Below are positions 1 through 8,934 of a stretch of DNA of 64,000 bases, in pieces (positions within the stretch are counted from its first letter, which is position 1; the number at the start of each line of letters is the position of its first letter). The translations under genes and the position numbers were made by a program. The notes under the pieces are model-generated. The model was not told the DNA's origin. It saw only the letters and a program-made list of their open reading frames with translations, and made no database searches. This stretch comes from an uncultured Rickettsiales bacterium (GTDB lineage Bacteria; Pseudomonadota; Alphaproteobacteria; Rickettsiales; CANDYO01): the NCBI GenBank assembly GCA_964356785.1, contig CAYHIS010000001.1:144998-208997 (forward strand), given 5' to 3'.

Positions 1-819
1 GCTGCTGAAAATAATTTATCATCAAACCAAATAAATGCCTCTGGTAAGGATGGAAGAATTACAAAAGGTGATGTGTTAAGTGCTATGGAAAATAAGACTT
101 CTGAAGTTGTTATTTCTGATCGTAGTGAAGAAAGAGTAAAAATGAGTCGTTTGCGTAAAAAGATTGCAGAAAGACTAAAAGCCTCACAAAATACTGCGGC
201 TATTCTTACTACCTTCAATGAAGTTGATATGAGCAATATATTAGCCTTGCGTAACAATTACAAAGATGCTTTTGAGAAGAAACATGGTGTGAAATTAGGT
301 TTTATGTCATTTTTCTTAAAAGCTTCTATTGCAGCTTTGAAAGAAATTCCAGCGGTTAATGCGGAAATTGATGGTGAAGATATAGTTTACAAAAACTATT
401 GCGATATTGGTGTTGCAGTTGGAACAGAGCAAGGATTAGTTGTTCCAGTGTTACGCAATGCAGAAAAAATGAGTTTTGCTGAAATTGAGAAATCAATAGC
501 AAATTTTGGTAAAAAAGCGCGCGAAGGCAAGCTTACTATGTCTGATTTAACAGGTGGAACTTTCTCGGTTTCAAATGGTGGGGTTTACGGATCCTTACTT
601 TCAACGCCAATTATTAATCCACCACAATCAGGTATCTTAGGAATGCATAAAACACAAGAAAGACCAGTGGCTATAAATGGTAAAGTTGAAATTAGGCCTA
701 TGATGTATCTAGCTCTTTCATACGACCATAGAATTGTTGATGGAAAAGAAGCGGTAACTTTCTTAGTTAGAATTAAAGAATCTATTGAAAATCCAGAAAG
801 ATTATTATTTGATTTATAG
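1..819 (+). CDS. sucB: Dihydrolipoamide succinyltransferase, E2 of 2-oxoglutarate dehydrogenase; 5' end lies outside the window
   Basis: Frame 1 is open from base 1 ([25 protein letters not shown] looks like a peripheral-subunit-binding domain). C-terminal 2-oxoacid acyltransferase catalytic domain with the DHRIVDG active-site motif. Followed by lpd. Confidence 0.9.
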   Translation, partial: AAENNLSSNQINASGKDGRITKGDVLSAMENKTSEVVISDRSEERVKMSRLRKKIAERLKASQNTAAILTTFNEVDMSNILALRNNYKDAFEKKHGVKLGFMSFFLKASIAALKEIPAVNAEIDGEDIVYKNYCDIGVAVGTEQGLVVPVLRNAEKMSFAEIEKSIANFGKKAREGKLTMSDLTGGTFSVSNGGVYGSLLSTPIINPPQSGILGMHKTQERPVAINGKVEIRPMMYLALSYDHRIVDGKEAVTFLVRIKESIENPERLLFDL

Positions 820-829
820 GAGAGCATAA

Positions 830-2233
830 ATGACAGGGAGTTTTGATGTAGCAATTATTGGTGGTGGTCCAGGTGGTTATGTGGCAGCGATTCGTGCAGC
901 TCAATTAGGTATGAAAGTAGCATGTATTGAGAAGCGTGGTGCATTGGGTGGTACATGTTTAAACGTAGGATGTATTCCTTCAAAAGCTTTATTATACTCT
1001 TCTGAACTTTATGAAAAAACAAATCATGAACTTGCAGATCATGGAATCAAAATTTCAAAAGCTGAATTAGATTTAAGCATAATGATGAAACGCAAAGAAG
1101 ATGTGGTCTCTAGCTTGAACAAAGGTATTGAAGGCTTGTTTAAGAAAAATAAAGTGGCATATTTTAAAGGCTTGGGTTCATTTGTAAATAATACGACTAT
1201 TAAAATTACAGGTGATGAAGGTGAAAAGCAAATAAGCGCTAAGAATATTATTATAGCTACCGGTTCCGAAGTAATGAGTTTACCTGGTATTGAAATTGAT
1301 GAAGAAAAAATTATTTCATCAACCGGCGCTTTAGCTTTAAAGTCAGTTCCTAAAAAAATGATTGTTATTGGTGGTGGTATAATTGGTTTAGAGTTAGGAT
1401 CAGTATGGCGTCGCTTGGGAGCTGAAATAATTATTGTTGAGTATTTAGATAGAATCGCTCCAGGAATAGATGGTGAAATTGCTAAACAATTCCAAAAAAT
1501 ACTAGAGAAGCAAGGCTTTAAATTTATGTTAAACCAAAAAGTTTTGTCTGCAAAGCGTGATGGTAAGGGAGTAAAAGTCACTTTAGAATCAGTAGCGGAT
1601 CAAACAAAACAAGAAATAGATGCAGATGTGGTTCTTGTTTCTATTGGAAGAAGGCCATATACAGATAATTTAAATCTTGAAAATGCTGGGCTTAAAGTAG
1701 ACGAAAGAGGAAAAATACCTGTAAATAATCATCTTCAAACCTTTATCAGCAATATTTATGCTATTGGCGATGTTATAGCCGGTCCTATGCTTGCTCATAA
1801 AGCGGAAGAAGAAGGTGTAGCTGCTGTAGAAATAATAGCAGGGCAAAAACCTCATGTTAACTATGATGTAATCCCTGGAGTGGTTTATACCCATCCAGAG
1901 GTGGCAACCGTTGGAAAAACAGAAGAAGAGTTGAAAAAATTAGGTATAGAATATAAAGTTGGAAAATTCCCATTCATGGCGAATAGTAGAGCTCGCGCTA
2001 TCGGTATAAGCGAAGGTATGGTTAAAGTTATTGCTCGTAGCGATAATGATGAAATACTTGGTTGTCATATAATAGCCCCTGAAGCAGGAACTATGATAGA
2101 GCAAATGGTTGTTGCAATGGAATATAAAGCAGCATCAGAAGATATTGCAAGAACAGTGCATGCTCATCCAACGCTTAATGAAGCTGTAAAAGAAGCCGCT
2201 TTAGCAGTGCTTGGAAGAGCTATACATATTTAA
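830..2233 (+). CDS. lpdA: Dihydrolipoamide dehydrogenase (E3)
   Basis: GGGPGGY FAD-binding motif, redox-active disulfide CLNVGCIPSK, C-terminal HAHPTL dimerisation/active-site motif. AGGAG RBS just upstream of the ATG. Confidence 0.93.
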   Translation: MTGSFDVAIIGGGPGGYVAAIRAAQLGMKVACIEKRGALGGTCLNVGCIPSKALLYSSELYEKTNHELADHGIKISKAELDLSIMMKRKEDVVSSLNKGIEGLFKKNKVAYFKGLGSFVNNTTIKITGDEGEKQISAKNIIIATGSEVMSLPGIEIDEEKIISSTGALALKSVPKKMIVIGGGIIGLELGSVWRRLGAEIIIVEYLDRIAPGIDGEIAKQFQKILEKQGFKFMLNQKVLSAKRDGKGVKVTLESVADQTKQEIDADVVLVSIGRRPYTDNLNLENAGLKVDERGKIPVNNHLQTFISNIYAIGDVIAGPMLAHKAEEEGVAAVEIIAGQKPHVNYDVIPGVVYTHPEVATVGKTEEELKKLGIEYKVGKFPFMANSRARAIGISEGMVKVIARSDNDEILGCHIIAPEAGTMIEQMVVAMEYKAASEDIARTVHAHPTLNEAVKEAALAVLGRAIHI

Positions 2234-2366
2234 TATATTAATAAATTAAAATTTTTCTTGCAATTTTAAATTTTAATTTTATTATAGCTCAACTACTTTT
2301 TTATAATTTCATTTGAGCATTTTATGCGAAGTAAAAAGACTAATCAGATTCTTTTATCATTTATAG

Positions 2367-2390
2367 AAGCCAGCTTTGCTGGCTTTTTTT
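2367..2390 (+). terminator. Rho-independent terminator candidate downstream of lpdA
   Basis: Hairpin aagccag-ctttg-ctggctt followed by a T run (ttttt). Confidence 0.6.
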
Positions 2391-2415
2391 CATATCCATT
2401 CAAAGGAGCATTTTA

Positions 2416-3399
2416 ATGATCGATCGCCCTACTGCATTACGTGGCATATTATTTATGTTAATAAATATGCTTGCTATGACTTGCATTGATGGTACAAGTA
2501 AATTGCTAAGAGAAACAATGAGCTCAGCTCATATAGTATTGTTATATAAATTTTCATTACTTCTTGGGATGTTGCCTTGGGTTTTAAGTAAAGGAATTAG
2601 CGCATTAAAAACTCAAAAAATTCATATCCATATAATTAGAAGCTTTATGAGTGTTCTAGGGCTTTTATTCTTTGTTCAAGGGTTATATTATGTTGATATG
2701 GCGGATGCAGCAGTGCTTGAAAATATTCAATCAATATTACTTGTTTTTATAGGAATAATATTTTTTGATGAGAAAAAAACCTTTACTAAAATCTTATCAG
2801 TATTTTTAGGTTTCATAGGCGCGATAATTATAGTGAATCCTGATATAATCAATTTAGTTTTTAAAATTGATAGTAATCTTATTAAAGATAAATATTATGG
2901 CTTTACTTTGATAGGAATAGGCTTCTGGACCTTAAATTCAGTAGTAGTAAAAATTCTTGGAAAAACAGAGAGAAACAAAACGCAAATGTTTTACTTGGTT
3001 TTCTTTTCATGCATTTGGGCAGCGCCGATTGCTTTAATTAAGTGGGATAGCATAAATATATTAGGAATGAATCTTAATTTGATTCCACAAGGAATAATCA
3101 GTCTTTCAGAATTTGAGATAAACAATGAACAAATAAAATATATTATATTTATGGCCTTCTGTCATTTCATCCATGGAGTTGCTTATTTTAGAGCATTACA
3201 GACAGATATTTCAGTAGTCGAACCATTTAGATATAGTAAGTTTATTTTCAGTGCAATCTTCGGTTATTTTATTTTTGGTAATATACCTAGCACCGCTTCA
3301 TATATAGGGTTCGCGCTGATAATTTTTTCTGGATTAATTTTATTATGGAAAGAAGTTCGCAAATCTTGGAAAAAAATAGAAGCAGTAAGAGCTTGGTAG
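2416..3399 (+). CDS. EamA/DMT-family membrane transporter
   Basis: 327 aa, about 10 hydrophobic helices in two repeated halves typical of the drug/metabolite transporter superfamily. AGGAG RBS upstream. Confidence 0.7.
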   Translation: MIDRPTALRGILFMLINMLAMTCIDGTSKLLRETMSSAHIVLLYKFSLLLGMLPWVLSKGISALKTQKIHIHIIRSFMSVLGLLFFVQGLYYVDMADAAVLENIQSILLVFIGIIFFDEKKTFTKILSVFLGFIGAIIIVNPDIINLVFKIDSNLIKDKYYGFTLIGIGFWTLNSVVVKILGKTERNKTQMFYLVFFSCIWAAPIALIKWDSINILGMNLNLIPQGIISLSEFEINNEQIKYIIFMAFCHFIHGVAYFRALQTDISVVEPFRYSKFIFSAIFGYFIFGNIPSTASYIGFALIIFSGLILLWKEVRKSWKKIEAVRAW

Positions 3400-3411
3400 A
3401 CCATATAAAGA

Positions 3412-3486
3412 TGGTTGGGGCGGAAGGATTCGAACCTTCGCATGACGGTATCAAAAACCGTTGCCTTACCGCTTGGCTACGCCCCA
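3412..3486 (-). tRNA. tRNA-Gln (anticodon UUG), CCA encoded
   Basis: Reverse complement reads TGGGGCG-TA-GCCAAGCGGTAAGGC-A-ACGGT-TTTTGAT-ACCGT-..-GAAGGTTCGAATCCTTC-CGCCCCA-ACCA. It has a 7-bp acceptor stem, a T-loop GGTTCGAATCC and an anticodon loop with TTG. Confidence 0.9.
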
Positions 3487-3548
3487 TTCAGAATAGAGAT
3501 ATTATTTATAGCAGTATTTTATTTTAATACAATAAAATATTTTATATT

Positions 3549-3591
3549 GTTAGCGCAATTTAGAAATACCTGGTTTTTAAATTGCGCTAAC
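3549..3591. promoter_or_regulatory. Perfect 14-bp inverted repeat (gttagcgcaattta / taaattgcgctaac) with a 15-nt spacer in the divergent tRNA-Gln / PBP1A intergenic region
   Basis: Read directly from the sequence. It lies upstream of both flanking genes, so it does not look like a terminator for either. Possible operator or structural element. Confidence 0.4.
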
Positions 3592-3630
3592 AGGTTAATG
3601 GGATTGCTATAACATGGTTGATGGTATCGC

Positions 3631-6054
3631 TTGACGAAAAGCAAATATACTATAGAATCTTTTGGAATTAATCGAGAGGAAATTTTGCGCAATATTTTCA
3701 GGATACTCTTCTGGACTGGGTTTAATTTGGCAATTATCGCAGCAATAGCTGTAGCCTATTTGTTTTTTTTGAATTCTAAAGACTTACCAAGCTATAAGCA
3801 ATTAGAAGAATATCATCCTCCTATAGTTACTAGATTCTATTCAGCAAATGGAAAGCTGCTTGAGGAATATGCAAAAGAGCATCGTTTATTTTTACCCATA
3901 ACTGATATTCCGGAGTTAGTGAAAAATGCTTTCATTGCAGCAGAAGATAAAAATTTTTATGAACATCCAGGTATAGATTTCACAGGAATTCTTCGTGCAG
4001 CAATTAAAAATATTATATCTAGCAGCCAAGGTAAAAAATCCTTAGTTGGTGGATCCACCATTACCCAACAAGTTGTAAAAAACTTCCTTTTAAGCAATGA
4101 AAAATCTATAAATAGAAAAGTTAAAGAAGCGATATTATCTTTTAAAATTTCTAAAACATTATCTAAAGATAAAATACTAGAATTATACTTAAATGAAATA
4201 TATTTGGGGGCTAGGAGTTATGGCGTTGCGTCTGCGGCCCTAAATTATTTCAATAAGTCACTCAATGAATTAAACCTTGAAGAAGCGGCGTTCTTAGCGG
4301 CTCTCCCACAAGCCCCTAGTTATTATAATCCTTATAAAAAAAATGATCGCGCTCTTCATCGCCGTAATTGGGTTATAGAAAGGATGTATGATGAGGAATT
4401 TGTAACAAAAGAAGCTGCACTAGCAGCAATTGCGGAGCCTATTAAATTACAAAGAAGGGATAGAGAAGAAGTAGCTGAAGCAGATTTTTTTGCTGAAACT
4501 GTAAGACAAAATATTACTGAACTTTATGGTGACAAGGCTTTGTATGAATCTGGCCTGATGGTGCGTACAAGCTTAGATCCGAAGCTTCAAACTATTGGTA
4601 AAACAGCTCTGAGGAATGCTATTATCAATTACGATCATCGTCACGGATATAGAGGATCAGTTGCTAAAACCAACTTAAAAGACTGGCAAAATAAACTTAA
4701 AGAATTAAGTAGTAATGGATTTGATATTAATCCTTGGCAATATGCTGCTGTTGTAAATATTAATAATAGCGTAGTTAAGCTAGGGTTTAACAGTGAAAAA
4801 TTTGCAAATCTGAATCTGGAATGTAGTAAATGGACTGGAAAGAATTTGCTCAAAACTTTATCGCCTGGAGATATTATTGTTGTAAATAACCAAAATTGTT
4901 TAGAGCAAATCCCTAAAATTAACGGAGCTTTAGTTGCTATGGATCCGCACACTGGCAGAGTGCTAACTTTAGTTGGGGGTTATAGTTTTGATAATAGTAA
5001 ATTTAATCGCGCAACTCAAGCTTACCGCCAACCTGGTTCTTCATTTAAACCTTTTGTATATTTAGCTGCATTAGAAAATAATTTAACACCTTCTTCTATT
5101 TTTGATGACAGTCCTATAGAAATGGAACAGGGGCCTGGTCTCCCCGTATGGAAACCTAAGAATTTTTATAATGATTTCTTAGGACCTATCACCTTAAGAA
5201 GAGGGCTTGAACTATCACGTAACCCTATAACCGTTAGAATAGCACAAGATATAGGAATTCAGAAAGTTGTTGAAATTGCAAAGCGTTTTGGTATTAACCA
5301 TAATCCACAACCATATTATTCAATGGTTCTGGGTGCTATGGAAACCACCCTTCTTCGCCTTACAAATGCATATTCAATTATAGCTAATGGTGGACATAAA
5401 ATTACCCCAAGCTTTATAGATAAGATTCAAGATAGAAATGGTAAATTGATTTATAGTGGAGATAAAAGATCTTGTATAAATTGTTCATCAGAAATTCTAG
5501 TTCCGTTTATTCAAAATAATAATCAATTTGTTACAGATCCTAGATCAGCATATCAGCTAACATCCATACTTGAAGGAGTTGTCGCTCATACCAAAACCGC
5601 AGCTTCTATTAGAGCATTAGGTCGCACTATGGCTGGTAAAACAGGAACTAGTAATGAAGCGAAAGATGTTTGGTTTGTAGGATATACACCAGATTTAGTT
5701 GTGGGTGTATTTTTAGGTTTTGATGAACCTAAATCTTTAGGTAAGCATGAATCCGGAGCAAGAGTTGCGATGCCGGCTTTTGTTGAATTTATGAAAAATG
5801 CATTAGTAGATCAACAAGATAAACCATTTAAAATGCCGGGTGGGCTAAAATTAGTTAAAATTAACTATCTTACTGGTGAGCCAACAACAAGTAGAACTGA
5901 TTCTATTTATGAAGCATTCAAAAAATCAAACTATAAAGAAGCTGAGGATTTTGAGAAAGTTGCAATTGATACAATTCCAGAACCAAAAGAAAACGAAGCA
6001 GAAGATCTTAACCAATATGATCTAGAGGAAATTCAAGATGAAGGAATTTACTAA
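3631..6054 (+). CDS. mrcA: Penicillin-binding protein 1A (bifunctional transglycosylase/transpeptidase)
   Basis: N-terminal TM anchor. GT51 motifs EDKNFYEHPGID and GGSTITQQ. Transpeptidase motifs SSFKP (SxxK) and KTGTS. TTG start. Confidence 0.92.
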   Translation: MTKSKYTIESFGINREEILRNIFRILFWTGFNLAIIAAIAVAYLFFLNSKDLPSYKQLEEYHPPIVTRFYSANGKLLEEYAKEHRLFLPITDIPELVKNAFIAAEDKNFYEHPGIDFTGILRAAIKNIISSSQGKKSLVGGSTITQQVVKNFLLSNEKSINRKVKEAILSFKISKTLSKDKILELYLNEIYLGARSYGVASAALNYFNKSLNELNLEEAAFLAALPQAPSYYNPYKKNDRALHRRNWVIERMYDEEFVTKEAALAAIAEPIKLQRRDREEVAEADFFAETVRQNITELYGDKALYESGLMVRTSLDPKLQTIGKTALRNAIINYDHRHGYRGSVAKTNLKDWQNKLKELSSNGFDINPWQYAAVVNINNSVVKLGFNSEKFANLNLECSKWTGKNLLKTLSPGDIIVVNNQNCLEQIPKINGALVAMDPHTGRVLTLVGGYSFDNSKFNRATQAYRQPGSSFKPFVYLAALENNLTPSSIFDDSPIEMEQGPGLPVWKPKNFYNDFLGPITLRRGLELSRNPITVRIAQDIGIQKVVEIAKRFGINHNPQPYYSMVLGAMETTLLRLTNAYSIIANGGHKITPSFIDKIQDRNGKLIYSGDKRSCINCSSEILVPFIQNNNQFVTDPRSAYQLTSILEGVVAHTKTAASIRALGRTMAGKTGTSNEAKDVWFVGYTPDLVVGVFLGFDEPKSLGKHESGARVAMPAFVEFMKNALVDQQDKPFKMPGGLKLVKINYLTGEPTTSRTDSIYEAFKKSNYKEAEDFEKVAIDTIPEPKENEAEDLNQYDLEEIQDEGIY

Positions 6055-6058
6055 TTAC

Positions 6059-6157
6059 ACCTTTAATATTTCAAAAGTTGGAAGGAGCTAGGAACAAAGT
6101 GTATAAATTAATACATGAGCGACGAAGTGACGCTCCAAATCTTAAAATATTAAAGGT
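6059..6157 (+). repeat. Palindromic interspersed repeat, family R1, copy A (about 99 bp)
   Basis: Matches 19391-19489 through the core ttcaaaagttgg..aggag..catgagcgacgRagtgacgc.ccaaatctt. The terminal arms acctttaatatttcaaaagttgg / ccaaatcttaaaatattaaaggt are inverted repeats. Confidence 0.8.
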
Positions 6158-7328
6158 ATACATCAAGAAAGTTGCAATTTTTGGATCAACAGGGTCTATT
6201 GGCAATAATACAATCAATATAATAAAAAAATTTCCTGAGAAATATAAAGTTGAAATTCTAGTTGCTCATAATAATGTTGAAAGTTTAGCAAAGCAGGTTA
6301 AAGAACTTAGACCAAGTTACGCCTGCATTATAGATGAAACAAAACTAGAAACTTTAAAGATTTTACTAAAAGATGAAAATATAAAAATCTTTTCTGGAGT
6401 TAATGGTCTTTTAGAACTCGCTCAAATAAAACTAGATATAGTAATGATGGCGATTATGGGAGCAGCTGCTATATTACCAACAATCAGAGTAATTGAAGCT
6501 GGCAACAATATCGCTTTAGCTAACAAAGAATGCTTGGTTTGCGCCGGTAATATAATTACGAAGTTAGCTAAAAAGAATAATGTACAAATAATACCTGTTG
6601 ACTCAGAGCATAATGCTTTATTCCAGATTTTTGATTTTAAAAATCCAGAACTTATTAAAAATGTAACATTAACAGCTTCTGGTGGTCCGTTCAGAGATTT
6701 CTCACTAGAGCAAATGAAATCTGTAACTAAAGCACAGGCCTTAAAACACCCTAATTGGTCAATGGGCGCAAAAATTACTATAGATAGCGCAAGTCTTGTA
6801 AATAAATGTTTAGAGGTTATTGAAGCTTATCATCTTTTTCCGATAACTACTAACCAAATCAAGATAGTAATTCATCCAGAGTCTATTGTTCATGCTATGG
6901 CAACTTACAAAGATGGATCAGTTTTAGCAGCCTTAAGCAAACCCAATATGCAAATACCGATTTCTTTTGCATTATCTTACCCTGACAGAAATTATTTAGC
7001 AGAGTTTAATGAATTTGATTTAACAGAAATAAGTAAACTGCATTTTTATACTCCTGATAAAGAAAAATTTGGATCATTAAAATTATTAGACTCTGTACTT
7101 GCATCTATTGAGAGCAATTCTTCTTTAATTTTTAATGTTGCAAATGAGATAGCTGTTGAAGCTTTTTTAAATGATAAAATAAATTTTTCTCAAATTATTC
7201 AGGTAATTGATCATCTGCTTAATAAAATACCACTTAAAAAACTAGACAGTCTTGAAGAGACATTAGCTGAAATAGAAAAAGTTAGAATTGAAACACAAAA
7301 ATATATTAACCATCATTCATCAAGCTAA
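6078..7328 (+). CDS. dxr: 1-deoxy-D-xylulose-5-phosphate reductoisomerase (MEP pathway). The N-terminal roughly 20-27 codons are encoded by repeat R1-A; an alternative start is GTG at 6099.
   Basis: GSTGSIG NADPH-binding motif (at ORF residue 36 rather than the usual position around 8), plus the LANKE, DSEH and NWSMG motifs characteristic of Dxr. Confidence 0.9.
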   Translation: MEGARNKVYKLIHERRSDAPNLKILKVYIKKVAIFGSTGSIGNNTINIIKKFPEKYKVEILVAHNNVESLAKQVKELRPSYACIIDETKLETLKILLKDENIKIFSGVNGLLELAQIKLDIVMMAIMGAAAILPTIRVIEAGNNIALANKECLVCAGNIITKLAKKNNVQIIPVDSEHNALFQIFDFKNPELIKNVTLTASGGPFRDFSLEQMKSVTKAQALKHPNWSMGAKITIDSASLVNKCLEVIEAYHLFPITTNQIKIVIHPESIVHAMATYKDGSVLAALSKPNMQIPISFALSYPDRNYLAEFNEFDLTEISKLHFYTPDKEKFGSLKLLDSVLASIESNSSLIFNVANEIAVEAFLNDKINFSQIIQVIDHLLNKIPLKKLDSLEETLAEIEKVRIETQKYINHHSSS

Positions 7329-8934
7329 CAGCCGCCGCAAGAGCTGAATCACTAATATTTATACCAGCTAACATTCTAGCAATTTCTTTGATTCTTTCTT
7401 CTTTATTTAGGTCCTTTATTATTGACTGAGATATTGTATCATGAGATTTTTCAACCAGTAAATGTTGATCAGCTTTAGATGCAACCTGAGGCTGATGCGA
7501 TATGGAAATAATCTGATTACTTTGCGCTAGTTTTTTCATTCTATTGCCAATAGTTTCAGCTACAGCTCCACCGGTTCCTGAATCAATTTCATCAAAAATA
7601 ATTGTAGTTTTTTGATTTTTCTCCGCCAAAGCAACTTTGAATGCTAGCATGATTCTCGACAATTCTCCGCCAGAAGCTATCTCATTTATTGGTGCAAATT
7701 CAAATCCCTTATTAGTTTTAATTAAGAAACTTGCTTGATCTATTCCCTTAGAAGATATTGGTCTTAGATTATTTGAAGTAATTTCTATATTTAATTCAAT
7801 ATGCTCTAATTTTAGCTGCTTTAATTCCTTTACAATATTATTTTCTAGTATCTTAGCTGCAGCTTTTCGTACATTGGATAAAGAGTCTGCGAAAGTAAAA
7901 TAATCTTTAAGCAACAAATTTTTTTCTTTAATTTCTTTTGCTATTTCAAAATCTATAGTTTCTAATTTTTTTAATTTTTCTTCTGCATTATGTGCAATAT
8001 CAACTAATTGATCTGAAGTACAGCGATATTTTCTTGAAAGTTCTTTTAACTTAGAAAGTCTTTCTTCTATATTATCTATACTATCTCTTGAATCAAAATC
8101 TTTTAGTTTATTTTCTGCCTGAAAATTAAGCTCATTTAAACTCATAATCGCATTATCTATTAATTCGTTAAGACCTAAATCATTTTCTAATCTTTCTATA
8201 TTTCTTTGTACTCTTATGAGTTTATTTACAAGATTCTCATCCCTAGAAAATAATGCTAATATTTCTTCAATTGAATGAATTACTTTTACCTTATCATTAA
8301 ATAATTTTTTTTGCTCAATTAAATCCAACTCCTCTCCTGATTTAGGATTTAGTGATTTAATCTCTTTGAAACTATATTCTAGATGATCCTTATCTAAATC
8401 AAGGGTTTGTTTTTGCTTTTGTAGAGTTTCAATATTATGAGATATTTCAGTTATTTTTTGATATAAATCATAAACCTTACTTAATAAATCTTTTTCATTA
8501 ATAAACTGATCTATTATTTTCAAGCTATTAGCTGAGCTGAATGCATCCAATTGCTTATGTTGAGAATGGAACTCAACTAATTCCTCGCTTATTTTTTTTA
8601 GTAATTTTAACGTAACCGGAACATCATTAATAAAAATTTTTTTGTTTTGGATTCTTCGAATGAGCAAAACATTATTTTCTACTTCAATATCATTTTCATC
8701 CAAAATCTCTAATAATTGATTATTTGCATTAGATATCTTGAATTCGGCAATAACAGTATAATCTCCATCTGGTAGATCTTGTTTTTCTCCTAAAACAAAA
8801 CGTAATGCCTTAATAAACATAGATTTACCAGAACCAGTTTCTCCAGTTATCACGGTAAAGTTTCCATCTAAAGAAATTTCTAAGGACTTGAATAGTAGAA
8901 AATTATTTACTTTTAAAAATTGTAACATAATCAA
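7306..8934 (-). CDS. recN: DNA repair protein RecN
   Basis: Walker A GETGSGKS at the N-terminus, long coiled-coil middle, C-terminal SGGELSR signature and FDEIDSG Walker B. Its 3' end overlaps the dxr 3' end (convergent). Confidence 0.9.
   Translation of the reverse strand: MIMLQFLKVNNFLLFKSLEISLDGNFTVITGETGSGKSMFIKALRFVLGEKQDLPDGDYTVIAEFKISNANNQLLEILDENDIEVENNVLLIRRIQNKKIFINDVPVTLKLLKKISEELVEFHSQHKQLDAFSSANSLKIIDQFINEKDLLSKVYDLYQKITEISHNIETLQKQKQTLDLDKDHLEYSFKEIKSLNPKSGEELDLIEQKKLFNDKVKVIHSIEEILALFSRDENLVNKLIRVQRNIERLENDLGLNELIDNAIMSLNELNFQAENKLKDFDSRDSIDNIEERLSKLKELSRKYRCTSDQLVDIAHNAEEKLKKLETIDFEIAKEIKEKNLLLKDYFTFADSLSNVRKAAAKILENNIVKELKQLKLEHIELNIEITSNNLRPISSKGIDQASFLIKTNKGFEFAPINEIASGGELSRIMLAFKVALAEKNQKTTIIFDEIDSGTGGAVAETIGNRMKKLAQSNQIISISHQPQVASKADQHLLVEKSHDTISQSIIKDLNKEERIKEIARMLAGINISDSALAAAVSLMNDG

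Noticed and set aside
585-854. 89-aa minus-strand ORF overlapping the sucB 3' end
   Set aside because: It lies antisense within a well-supported gene and has low-complexity composition. It is a typical shadow ORF of AT-rich DNA. The same reasoning applies to 1039-1581(-), 1670-1894(-), 4641-4952(-), 10832-11137(+), 11001-11432(+), 12319-12513(+), 13006-13194(+), 14451-14780(+), 16529-16759(-), 16852-17058(-), 17481-17681(+), 19806-19994(+), 20079-20270(+), 22160-22351(+), 23377-23655(-), 23871-24092(-), 28121-28339(+), 31069-31263(+), 31214-31399(-), 31245-31433(+), 32178-32387(+), 34129-34467(-), 35361-35564(-), 36734-36943(-), 40140-40328(-), 40168-40386(+), 40973-41179(+), 41267-41737(+), 45902-46120(+), 46864-47229(-), 48085-48294(-), 48956-49237(-), 50570-50776(-), 52164-52388(-), 52549-52941(-), 52999-53208(-), 54279-54461(+), 55094-55429(+), 59601-59936(-), 62013-62201(-) and 63177-63659(-).
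2324-2416. 30-codon ORF (MRSKKTNQILLSFIEASFAGFFSYPFKGAF) between lpdA and the EamA gene
   Set aside because: It is read through the lpdA terminator hairpin. It has no RBS, and its stop merely overlaps the EamA ATG.
3287-3612. Three small ORFs (3287-3487 minus, 3345-3527 plus, 3415-3612 plus) around 3.4 kb
   Set aside because: They all read through the tRNA-Gln gene or the adjacent palindrome. The tRNA cloverleaf explains the GC-rich sequence.
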